Assembly (NCBI GenBank): GCA_963727235.1
Contig: CAVSFZ010000023.1
Span: forward strand, 248 to 64,247
Source: an uncultured Actinomycetes bacterium
Lineage (GTDB): Bacteria; Actinomycetota; Thermoleophilia; Gaiellales; JAICJC01
Reading direction: 5' to 3'
DNA: 64,000 nucleotides
Shown piece after piece: positions 56,514-64,000 of the stretch. A program made the position numbers and the translations under genes. Position 1 is the stretch's first letter. Every line of letters starts with the position of its first letter. The notes under the pieces are model-generated. The model searched no databases, was not told the origin of the DNA, and saw nothing but the letters and a program-made list of their open reading frames with translations.

Positions 56514-57929
56514 ATGTGCGGAGTCTTTGGCATCTACGATCCCGCCGGTGCACCCGACCGAGACGTCGCCCGGTTGACGTTTTTCGGCCTGTACGCCCTC
56601 CAGCATCGTGGGCAGGAGTCGGCCGGGATCGCGGTTTCCGACGGGGCGCGGGTGACCGCCATGAAGGACATGGGGCTGGTCAGTCAGGTGTTCGACGAGC
56701 CCAAGCTCTCGGGCCTTCCGGGGCGGATGGCGATCGGCCACGCCCGCTACTCGACCACCGGCTCGACGGTGTGGCAGAACGCCCAGCCGGTCGTCCGGCA
56801 CGGCCACGGCCACACCATCGCCCTGGGTCACAACGGCAACCTCACCAACACCGTCGAGCTGCGCGACCAGCTGCAGTCAGACGGCGTCAGGCTGCATTCG
56901 AGCTCCGACACCGAGGCCATCGCCGCCCTGATCGCCCAGAACCCGTCCAACGACCTCGAAGAGTCGATCGCGGCCACGATGGGGCGGATCGAAGGCGCGT
57001 TTGCAGCGGTCGTCCTGACCGAGACCGCCATCGCCGGGTTCCGCGACCCCGACGGCATCCGACCGCTGGTGGTCGGCCGGCTGGACGATGCCTGGGTGCT
57101 GGCCTCCGAGACATGCGCACTGGATCTGATCGGCGCCAGCCTGGAACGCGAGCTCGGCCCGGGCGAGCTGGTCGTAATCGACGAGCAGGGCCCCCGCTAC
57201 CGGCAGGCGGTGGAGCGGCGCAGCGGCGCGCTCTGCATCTTCGAGTACATCTACTTCGCCCGCCCCGACTCGTCGATGCAGGGTGAGATGCTGCACGATG
57301 TGCGCCGGCGGATGGGCGAGCGGCTGGCAGCGGAAGCGCCCGCGGACGCCGACGTGGTCATCGGCGTGCCCGATTCGGGAACACCGGCCGCGATCGGCTA
57401 TGCCAACGCCAGCGGCATCCCCTACGGCGAGGGCCTGGTCAAGAACCGCTACGTCGGCCGCACCTTCATCCAACCGGACCAGGAGCTGCGTGAGCGCGGC
57501 GTCCGGCTGAAGTTCAACGTGCTGCGCTCGGTGCTCGAAGGCAAGCGGGTGGTGGTGGTCGACGATTCGATCGTGCGCGGCTCGACCACGCGCAAGCTGG
57601 TCGCGATGCTGTTCGACGCCGGCGCGCTGGAGGTGCACCTGCGGGTGTCGTCGCCGCCGATCGTCTCGCCCTGCTTCTACGGCATCGACATGGCCGATCA
57701 GGACCAGCTGATCGCCGCCGGGCGGGAGCTCGATCAGATTCGCGAGAAGCTGGGCGCGACCTCGCTCGCCTACCTGTCACTGGAAGGGCTCCAGACCGCG
57801 GCCGGACAACCCGCGTCGAGATTCTGCCGCGCCTGCCTGACCGGTGACTACCCCACCGAGATCCCCGCCGACGTGCGCCTGGCCAAACTGCGCTTCGAGT
57901 CGCGGGCGGTTCCGGTGGAGATTCGGTGA
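56514..57929 (+). CDS. purF: amidophosphoribosyltransferase
   Basis: MCGVFGIY, LQHRGQESAGIA, DSGTPAA, VVVDDSIVRGSTT, and the C-terminal Cys cluster CFYGID...CRACLTGDYP. Confidence 0.95.
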   Translation: MCGVFGIYDPAGAPDRDVARLTFFGLYALQHRGQESAGIAVSDGARVTAMKDMGLVSQVFDEPKLSGLPGRMAIGHARYSTTGSTVWQNAQPVVRHGHGHTIALGHNGNLTNTVELRDQLQSDGVRLHSSSDTEAIAALIAQNPSNDLEESIAATMGRIEGAFAAVVLTETAIAGFRDPDGIRPLVVGRLDDAWVLASETCALDLIGASLERELGPGELVVIDEQGPRYRQAVERRSGALCIFEYIYFARPDSSMQGEMLHDVRRRMGERLAAEAPADADVVIGVPDSGTPAAIGYANASGIPYGEGLVKNRYVGRTFIQPDQELRERGVRLKFNVLRSVLEGKRVVVVDDSIVRGSTTRKLVAMLFDAGALEVHLRVSSPPIVSPCFYGIDMADQDQLIAAGRELDQIREKLGATSLAYLSLEGLQTAAGQPASRFCRACLTGDYPTEIPADVRLAKLRFESRAVPVEIR

Positions 57930-58951
57930 CCGACCCCGAGCCGCTCACCTACGCTGACGCGGGTGTCAGCCTCGACGCCGCCGAAACGGTCGTCGACCGG
58001 ATCCGATCGGCGGTCGCTTCGACCCACTCACGCGAGGTGCTGGACAACCATGGGGGCTTCGCCGGACTGTTCACCCCCAGCGTGGGTGACCCGCTGATCT
58101 CGGCGGGGTGTGACGGAGTCGGCACCAAGGTGCTGCTGGGCCTCGCCGCCAGGCGGTTGCACGGGCTGGGCGTCGACCTGGTGGCGATGAGCGTCAACGA
58201 CGTGATCACCTCCGGCGGCCGGCCGGCATTCTTTCTCGATGTGATCACCTGCGGGCGGATCGACCCGGACACGATCGCGGAGCTGGTCGAGGGCATCGCC
58301 GACGGCTGTAAACAGGCCCGCTGTGCCCTCCTGGGCGGCGAGACCGCCGAGCACCCCGACATGATGCAGCCCGATGAGATCGATCTGGCCGGATTCTGCG
58401 TCGCCCTGTCGGAGCGGCGCGAGCTGGTCTCCGGTGCCCGTGTCAAACCCGGCGATGCCATCATCGCGCTGCCCTCCAGCGGTCCGCACTCCAACGGCTT
58501 CTCGCTGATTCGGCGGTTGCTGGAACGGGCAAACGTCGACCTCGACTCGACCCCCGCCGAGCTGGGAGGAGCGTCAGTCGCCGACGCGCTTCTGGAGCCG
58601 ACCAGGATCTATGCAGCGCCGGTGAATGAGCTGACCCGCACGGTCGATGTCCGCGGCATGGCGCACATCACCGGGGGCGGCATACCGGGAAACCTGACTC
58701 GCCAGTTCCCCGACGGCACCGGGGCAAAGATCGATCTGGGCTCGTGGACGCGGCCGGCGGTGTTCGACTGGCTGGCGGGACTGGGAGTGGAAGAGCAGGA
58801 GATGCGCGCGGTGTTCAACCTCGGCGTGGGTTTCGCCGCGGTCGTCGAGCAGGAGTCGGTGGACACGGCGCTGACCGCCCTGGAACGGGGCGGCTGTCCC
58901 GGTTGGGTGGCGGGCACGGTGACCGCATCCTCGGGGGTGGAGCTGACCTGA
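57926..58951 (+). CDS. purM: phosphoribosylformylglycinamidine cyclo-ligase
   Basis: LTYADAGVSLDA, DGVGTKV, LGGETAEHP, and PSSGPHSNGFSL. Confidence 0.95.
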   Translation: MTDPEPLTYADAGVSLDAAETVVDRIRSAVASTHSREVLDNHGGFAGLFTPSVGDPLISAGCDGVGTKVLLGLAARRLHGLGVDLVAMSVNDVITSGGRPAFFLDVITCGRIDPDTIAELVEGIADGCKQARCALLGGETAEHPDMMQPDEIDLAGFCVALSERRELVSGARVKPGDAIIALPSSGPHSNGFSLIRRLLERANVDLDSTPAELGGASVADALLEPTRIYAAPVNELTRTVDVRGMAHITGGGIPGNLTRQFPDGTGAKIDLGSWTRPAVFDWLAGLGVEEQEMRAVFNLGVGFAAVVEQESVDTALTALERGGCPGWVAGTVTASSGVELT

Positions 58952-59475
58952 GGATCGGGGTCCTGATCTCGGGCAACGGCACCAACCTGCAGGCGCTGAT
59001 CGATGCCGGCGACATCGAGATTGCGTGCGTGGTCTCGAGCCGCGCAGATGCGCCGGGCATTGGGCGTGCGGAGCGAGCCGCGATTCCGGTGATCGCCACG
59101 ACCGACGAGGGGGACACCGCGGCCTTTCTGGAGCAGCATGAGGTGGAGCTGGTGGTGCTGGCGGGATATATGCAGATCCTCACCCCCGCCTTTCTCGCCC
59201 GATTCCCGCGGGGGGTGATCAACGTCCACCCGTCGCTGCTACCCGCGTTCCCCGGACGCACCGCGATCGCCGACGCGCTCGCCCACGGCGTGCGTGTCAC
59301 CGGAGTCACGGTGCACCGGGTGGACGCCGGTATCGACACCGGCCCCATCCTGCTGCAGGAGGCCGTGACGGTTCCGTATGATGACGACGCCTTGGATCTC
59401 GAGGATCGCATCCACCAGGTTGAGCACCGGCTGCTGGTACAGGCGGTGCGCGACATCCGAACTCAGGGACGGTGA
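58948..59475 (+). CDS. purN: phosphoribosylglycinamide formyltransferase
   Basis: RIGVLISGNGTNLQALID, LAGYMQIL, INVHPSLLPAF, and VTVHRVDAGIDTGPIL. The start codon is uncertain: the nearest in-frame candidate is CTG 58948, overlapping the purM stop. Confidence 0.85.
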   Translation: MRIGVLISGNGTNLQALIDAGDIEIACVVSSRADAPGIGRAERAAIPVIATTDEGDTAAFLEQHEVELVVLAGYMQILTPAFLARFPRGVINVHPSLLPAFPGRTAIADALAHGVRVTGVTVHRVDAGIDTGPILLQEAVTVPYDDDALDLEDRIHQVEHRLLVQAVRDIRTQGR

Positions 59476-61016
59476 CCATGAAGATCGCACGCGCTCTGAT
59501 ATCGGTTTCGGACAAGAACGGGCTGTCGACGTTCGCCCAGGGGCTGCACAAGCTCGGAGTGGAGCTGATCTCGACGTCGGGGACCGCGGATTTCCTCGAG
59601 TCGGCGGGGCTCCCGGTCACCCGGGTGGAGACGCTCACCGAACAGGCCGAGCTGCTGGACGGCCGGGTAAAGACGCTTCATCCCGTTGTATTCGCCGGCA
59701 TTCTGGCGCGACGCGACAACGTCGAGGACATGGCGTCGCTGCGCGAGCGGGGGATCCAGCCGATCGACATGGTGGTCTCGAACCTGTACCCGTTCCGCTC
59801 GGTGGCCGGGCGGCGGGGGGTGCCCGATCACGAGGTGCTCGAGAACATCGACATCGGCGGCCCGTCGATGGTCCGAGCTGCCGCCAAGAACCACGTGGCG
59901 GTAGCGGTCGTGACCGAGCCCGAGCGCTACGGCTTCGTGCTGGATGAGCTGCGCTCGCGCAACGGCGAGCTGTCGGCAGAAACCCGCCGGGAGCTGGCCG
60001 GCGACGCCTTCTCGCACACCGCATCGTATGACGCGGCGATCGCAACCTGGTTCACCGACACCGAGCCGTTCCCGGAACGACTCACCCTCGACTACCTCAA
60101 GGTCACCGACCTGGCTTATGGGGAGAATCCGCACCAGCGCGCTGCCTTCTATCGCGACGCCGGCGCGCGCCGAAACCTGTTGTCACGCGTCGAGCAGCAC
60201 GGCGGCCCACAGCTCTCGTTCAACAACCTCGGAGATCTCCAAGCCGCGCGAATGCTGGCTGCCGCCTTCCAGGTGCCGGCGGTGGTGATCATCAAGCACG
60301 CGATCCCCTCGGGCGTGGCGGTTGGCGCGAGCCTGAGCCAGGCGTTCGATCAGGCACTCGCATGTGATCCTGCCGCAGCGTTCGGCGGGGTAATTGCGGT
60401 CAACCGGCCGGTGTCAGCCGACCTGGCGGCGGCCATGACCGAGCGCAAGCTGGACGTGCTGTTCGCGCCCGGCTACGAGGATGGAGCGCTGGAAGTGCTG
60501 CAGCGCAAGGAGAGCCTTCGCATCCTCGAGGACAAGGAGCGGCGCAAAGCCTCGCCGGGCGAACGCGACGTGCGCAGAGTGCTGGGCGGGCTGCTGGTGC
60601 AGGATCGCGACATGGAGCTGGACGAGCGCGAGACGATGACGGTGGTGACAGAAGCCTCGCCCACCAAACGGCAGTGGGACGACCTGCTGTTCGCCTGGCG
60701 GGTGGCGCATTTCGTGCGTTCCAACGCGATCGTGCTGGCCCGCGACCTGGCGACCGTCGGCATCGGGGCCGGCCAGGTCAGCCGGGTGGACGCGGTGCGG
60801 CTCGCGATCGAGAAGGCCGGCGAGCGGGCCGGTGAGTCGGTGTTGGCCTCAGACGCCTTCTTCCCGTTCGAAGACGGCCCGAAAGCGGCCTTCGACGCGG
60901 GCGTAACGGCGGTGATTCAGCCGGGCGGGTCGGTGCGAGACGACGATATCGTTGCAGCCGCCAACGCCGCCGGCGTGTCGATGGTCTTCACCGGCCGCCG
61001 CCACTTCGCCCACTGA
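59472..61016 (+). CDS. purH: bifunctional AICAR transformylase / IMP cyclohydrolase
   Basis: RALISVSDKNGL, STSGTADFL, GRVKTLHP, and the C-terminal ASDAFFPF...VIQPGGSVRD...TGRRHFAH. The start is GTG 59472 (GTGA overlap) or ATG 59478. Confidence 0.95.
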   Translation: MTMKIARALISVSDKNGLSTFAQGLHKLGVELISTSGTADFLESAGLPVTRVETLTEQAELLDGRVKTLHPVVFAGILARRDNVEDMASLRERGIQPIDMVVSNLYPFRSVAGRRGVPDHEVLENIDIGGPSMVRAAAKNHVAVAVVTEPERYGFVLDELRSRNGELSAETRRELAGDAFSHTASYDAAIATWFTDTEPFPERLTLDYLKVTDLAYGENPHQRAAFYRDAGARRNLLSRVEQHGGPQLSFNNLGDLQAARMLAAAFQVPAVVIIKHAIPSGVAVGASLSQAFDQALACDPAAAFGGVIAVNRPVSADLAAAMTERKLDVLFAPGYEDGALEVLQRKESLRILEDKERRKASPGERDVRRVLGGLLVQDRDMELDERETMTVVTEASPTKRQWDDLLFAWRVAHFVRSNAIVLARDLATVGIGAGQVSRVDAVRLAIEKAGERAGESVLASDAFFPFEDGPKAAFDAGVTAVIQPGGSVRDDDIVAAANAAGVSMVFTGRRHFAH

Positions 61017-61136
61017 GGCTGGTCCGCGGCGGCTCTGGCGGCGTCCCACGCGGCGGTGCGGTGCTCAACGTGGCTTTGCCACGCCTCCGCTCCGCCCACC
61101 GCTCGATCCTTGCCAGAACCACCGCGTCCTGCGCCT

Positions 61137-61224
61137 CAGGGCGCCTGTCGAACCTGAGCGTTACTTGAATAATTGGTGCCTGGCACCAATTATTCACAGG
61201 GCGCGTGTCGAACCTGAGCGGTAC
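61137..61224. repeat. 28-bp direct repeat pair bracketing palindrome copy I
   Basis: CAGGGCGCCTGTCGAACCTGAGCGTTAC (61137-61164) and CAGGGCGCGTGTCGAACCTGAGCGGTAC (61197-61224) match at 26 of 28 positions and are offset by 60 bp. Confidence 0.9.
61165..61197. repeat. palindromic repeat copy I (33 bp, linker TT; first base T instead of G)
   Basis: TTGAATAATTGGTGCCTGGCACCAATTATTCAC. Confidence 0.95.
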
Positions 61225-61237
61225 TCGGCGTAAGACG

Positions 61238-61268
61238 GTGAATAACGGTGCCTGGCACCGTTATTCAC
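61238..61268. repeat. palindromic repeat copy J (31 bp, linker C)
   Basis: GTGAATAACGGTGCCTGGCACCGTTATTCAC is identical to B and G. The last two codons and the TAA stop of the glycosyltransferase (GGT GAA TAA, minus strand, stop 61261-61263) are repeat sequence. Confidence 0.95.
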
Positions 61269-62286
61269 CCAGGAGCAGGGAGTAGGCGGCTTCGTAGTCG
61301 GACACCATGCGCTCGGCTGAGAAGCGCTCGTGGGCGGCGCGGGAGGTGTCGGCGCGGTCGCAGGCGACCGCTTCGGGGAAGCGGGCGATCAGCGCCTCGA
61401 CGGTGTCGTCGACGATCCCGCTGCGGCCGTCCTCGACCACCTCGGGCACCGCTCCCAAGCCGATCGCCGCCACCGGGGTGCCGCAGGCCATCGACTCGAC
61501 CATCACCAGTCCGAACGGCTCCGGCCACTGGATCGGGAAGAGGGTCACCATCGCCCGCTGGAGCAGTTCGACCTTCTCGTCGTGCGAAACCTCACCGAGG
61601 TACTCGATGTTGCCGTCAAGGTGCGGGCGCACCGCCGCCTCGAAGTGGGCCTTCTCTTCGACGTCGTGGATCTTCCCCACCAGCTTCAGCGGCATGCCGG
61701 TCGCACGCGCGATCTCGACCGCGTTGTGAGCGCCCTTGTCGGGTGACATCCGCCCCACGAACAGCAGGTAGCCGTCGTGATCGGCGCTGAACGGATAGGC
61801 ATCGAGGTCGATCGCGTTGTGACACGTCGCCAGCCAGTTCAGCTCGGGTCGCGGGGAGCGCTGATCCTCGGACAGCGAGATCAGCCGCACGTCCGGGGCG
61901 ATCGCTCTGATCTGCGCGTACACCAAGCCCGGCTCGCCGGTGAGCGGTCCGTGGGTGGTGTGGCAGAACGGCGAGTTGATGGTGGCTCCCAGGGCACAGG
62001 CCAGCGGGCCGGAGTGATCGTTCACGAGATCGAACTCGTCCGCCCGCTCGAGACAGGTGAGCGTGTGGTGCAGGTCTGGCAGCGACATCCCGATGCGATA
62101 CGACGGCGGATCGTCGTACGCGGTGACCAGATGGGCTTTGGTGCGTGACTCGCCGGCTGCAAACAGCGTCACGTCATGGCCGCGGTCGACCAGCCCATCG
62201 GCGAGGATCGACACCACCCACTCGATGCCGCCGTAGCGAACCGGGGGCACGGCGAACCAGGCGGGCGCCAGCAGCGCGATCTTCAC
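61261..62286 (-). CDS. GT-B fold glycosyltransferase (family 4-like)
   Basis: From GTG 62286: VKIALLAPAWFAVPPVRYGGIEWVV..., later FVGRMSPDKG and PEPFGLVMVESMACGTPV (E-x7-E region). The upstream extension in the ORF track is not supported. Confidence 0.8.
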   Translation of the reverse strand: MKIALLAPAWFAVPPVRYGGIEWVVSILADGLVDRGHDVTLFAAGESRTKAHLVTAYDDPPSYRIGMSLPDLHHTLTCLERADEFDLVNDHSGPLACALGATINSPFCHTTHGPLTGEPGLVYAQIRAIAPDVRLISLSEDQRSPRPELNWLATCHNAIDLDAYPFSADHDGYLLFVGRMSPDKGAHNAVEIARATGMPLKLVGKIHDVEEKAHFEAAVRPHLDGNIEYLGEVSHDEKVELLQRAMVTLFPIQWPEPFGLVMVESMACGTPVAAIGLGAVPEVVEDGRSGIVDDTVEALIARFPEAVACDRADTSRAAHERFSAERMVSDYEAAYSLLLGE

Positions 62287-62891
62287 GGACGTTGGGCCTT
62301 GGGAATCACGAACTTCTCGGCGGTGTGGGTCTCGGAGAAGCGCACCACCTTCACATCGAGCAGCCCCGAGGCCCGCCCGGCGGCGCGCACGTCCGACTCG
62401 CTCACGTGAGCGTCCTTGCCCTTTCGCCGGATCGTCCACAAGCCGCCGTCGGGTGCCAGCCGCGCTCTCAACCGGGCGAGCTTGGCAAGGTCATCCTGGC
62501 TCTCGGCGGCGGCGAACAGGTGATCGAGGTCGACGCCCGAGTCGACCAGATCGGCGCCGCGATCGGCCAGCAGCTCCCGGAAGTCGGGATCGTCGAGACC
62601 CTCCAGAGCGACCCGCTGGCCCGGCTTGACGCCAAGCTTCTCGATCACGGTCTTTGGGTGCAGGACGGCGTGTGCCCACCGCTCGGCCCGATCTCCCAAC
62701 TCCAGCTTCAGTGGCCCACCGGGGTAGTCGAGCACCAGCGTGCCGCCGTCCGTCTTGGCGGACGTGACATCTCTGTGTGCCACGTTCACCCGGAACTCGC
62801 CTCGGAAGCGGACCTCGTCCGCCTCCAGCTGCGCACGGCCTTGGGAGGTGACGCCCGCGTGGTGGGCGGTGCAGGTGACTTCTTGACCCAT
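62283..62891 (-). CDS. hypothetical protein with a DUF3052-like C-terminal half
   Basis: EKLGVKPGQRVALEGLDDPDFRELL...DGGLWTIRRKGKDAHVSESDVRAAGRASGL follows the pattern I recall for actinobacterial DUF3052 proteins. Its stop overlaps the glycosyltransferase start (GTGA). Confidence 0.5.
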   Translation of the reverse strand: MGQEVTCTAHHAGVTSQGRAQLEADEVRFRGEFRVNVAHRDVTSAKTDGGTLVLDYPGGPLKLELGDRAERWAHAVLHPKTVIEKLGVKPGQRVALEGLDDPDFRELLADRGADLVDSGVDLDHLFAAAESQDDLAKLARLRARLAPDGGLWTIRRKGKDAHVSESDVRAAGRASGLLDVKVVRFSETHTAEKFVIPKAQRP

Positions 62892-62908
62892 GAGCCAAGT
62901 GTAATCAC

Positions 62909-62948
62909 CTGCGGCTTCTCTCAGGGTTAAGCCTGAGAGAAGCCGCAG
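62909..62948 (-). terminator. perfect 17-bp stem, 6-nt loop hairpin downstream of the IPT/TIG gene
   Basis: CTGCGGCTTCTCTCAGG-GTTAAG-CCTGAGAGAAGCCGCAG, 10 nt after the stop at 62958. Confidence 0.55.
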
Positions 62949-62957
62949 TCGGCACGT

Positions 62958-64000
62958 CTACGACGTAACGGTGAACGCCTGCTGGGACGTCGCCACATGG
63001 CTCCCAACCCACACTCTCACCGTGTCGGTGACCGCACCGCTGGGTACCGTCGCGGTGATTTTGGTATTCGAGTTGACCGTGAAGGTTGCATCAATGCCGT
63101 TGAACACCACCTCCGTCGCACCCGTGAACCCTGAACCGGTAATCACCACCTGCGTCCCGACAGGCCCATGGTCGGGGCTCATCGACGTGATGAAGAAGGG
63201 AATCACCGTGAAGACCGAGGCTGTCTGCCAGGAATGTCCAGGGGCGATAGCTGTGACGGGGCCTGTCTTGGCGCCCCAAGGAACGGTGACCCAGATGCTG
63301 TTGGCTCCCCCGACCGTGAACGATGTCGCGGGGACGCCACCGAACTGAACGCTGGTCGCGTCGGCCACACCGGTGCCATCGATTTGCACTTGAATGCCCG
63401 GCTGGGCGCTGGACGGGGTGACCGTGATCAGCGCTGGGGTTCCGCCGCCCCCGTTATTGCACTGACAGTCGCCCTTGATCCACGCAGTTGCGGACTTGAC
63501 GCTGCCGGAGGGCGTGGTCACTTTGATCTTGGTTTTGACCGGAGCCGTGAGCGGCACGATCGCGGTGATCTGCGTATCCGAATCGACGGTGAATGCCGCG
63601 GATGTCCCGAACGTGACAGCGGTGGCGCCGATGAAATGTGTGCCGGTGATCACCACGGCACTGCCGGTGCCGCTGGTCGTAGGGCTGAACGACGTGATCG
63701 TTGGGTTGGCCGGCGTGGACTTGGTGAACGCTGTGGCGCTGGTGGCGGTGCCCGCGGGCGTGGTCACCTTGATCTTGCCCTTGGCAGGCGCAGCCGCCGG
63801 AACCGTTGCGGTGATCTGCGTGTCCGAGTCGACGTGATAGGTCGCGGCGGCGGCGCCGAACGTGACACCCGTCGCCCCGGTGAACCCAGCTCCTTGGATC
63901 ACCACCGAAGCGCCGGGGCCGGCCGACCCCGGATCGAAGGATGTGATCTTGAGACCCGCCCCCAACACCACCGAGGTGCTCATAACCATCATCGCCGCCA
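62958..64000 (-). CDS. IPT/TIG-repeat surface protein (N-terminus probably beyond the right window edge)
   Basis: Four repeats of the type ITSFxPxxGxxGxxVxIxGxxFxGAT.VxFG...A.F.V.SDTQITA.VP. The frame stays open upstream of the listed Met to base 64000 (AAMMVMSTSVVLGAG looks like part of a signal or anchor segment). Confidence 0.75.
   Translation of the reverse strand, partial: AAMMVMSTSVVLGAGLKITSFDPGSAGPGASVVIQGAGFTGATGVTFGAAAATYHVDSDTQITATVPAAAPAKGKIKVTTPAGTATSATAFTKSTPANPTITSFSPTTSGTGSAVVITGTHFIGATAVTFGTSAAFTVDSDTQITAIVPLTAPVKTKIKVTTPSGSVKSATAWIKGDCQCNNGGGGTPALITVTPSSAQPGIQVQIDGTGVADATSVQFGGVPATSFTVGGANSIWVTVPWGAKTGPVTAIAPGHSWQTASVFTVIPFFITSMSPDHGPVGTQVVITGSGFTGATEVVFNGIDATFTVNSNTKITATVPSGAVTDTVRVWVGSHVATSQQAFTVTS

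Noticed and set aside
61146-61160. GGTTCGA (minus strand) in the 28-bp direct repeat as a tRNA T-arm or att-site remnant, and TCGAAC as a LexA/Cheo-box half-site
   Set aside because: The flanking bases cannot form a T-stem (TCAGG does not pair with GGCGC) and there is no acceptor-stem-like sequence. The second LexA half-site (GTTCGA after N4) is absent.
22494-61268. Palindromic repeats as a CRISPR array
   Set aside because: The copies are kilobases apart or form irregular doublets with 14, 26 and 40 bp gaps. There is no regular repeat-spacer periodicity and there are no cas genes.

Overview
High-GC (Actinobacteria-like, my inference) chromosomal segment made mostly of core metabolism. I saw no rRNA, tRNA, CRISPR array, transposase or integrase. 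Left to right: an EttA-like ABC-F ATPase cut by the window edge, a frameshifted APC permease, and two tandem paralogous secreted repeat proteins. Then come a divergent TetR regulator with an orphan TadE-like/vWA protein, the rpsF-ssb-rpsR-rplI-dnaB-purA block, and a dimethylglycine-dehydrogenase-like fusion enzyme. Next is a glutamine-synthetase-like plus three-part glutamate-synthase-like cluster (GlnT/GlxBCD, also known as gmaS/mgsABC), followed by an unknown acidic ORF. After that: plsY, an FAD oxidoreductase with IclR regulator and flavin reductase, a GGDEF-EAL protein, and a mirror-symmetric module (USP-like, permease, Zn-ribbon, USP-like). Then a CheW-CheC fusion, an acyl-CoA-dehydrogenase-like gene with a GAF-PucR regulator, a heterotetrameric sarcosine-oxidase-type operon in order delta-alpha-gamma-beta with fhs and a cyclodeaminase, purD-purE and purB-C-S-Q-L-F-M-N-H, and a glycosyltransferase, a DUF3052-like protein and an IPT/TIG repeat protein. 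The most unusual signal is non-coding. A 31-33 bp perfect palindrome, GTGAATAA-(1-2 nt)-GGTGCC-T-GGCACC-(1-2 nt)-TTATTCAC, occurs ten times. Every copy is intergenic, the linker positions change in a compensatory way, three loci carry doublets, and five flanking genes have their stop codon inside a repeat arm. I do not recognise this repeat family. Several first genes also show leaderless-type promoter geometry (TANNNT, 6-7 nt, start codon). Many long ORFs in the supplied track are antisense shadows typical of high-GC DNA and were not called.
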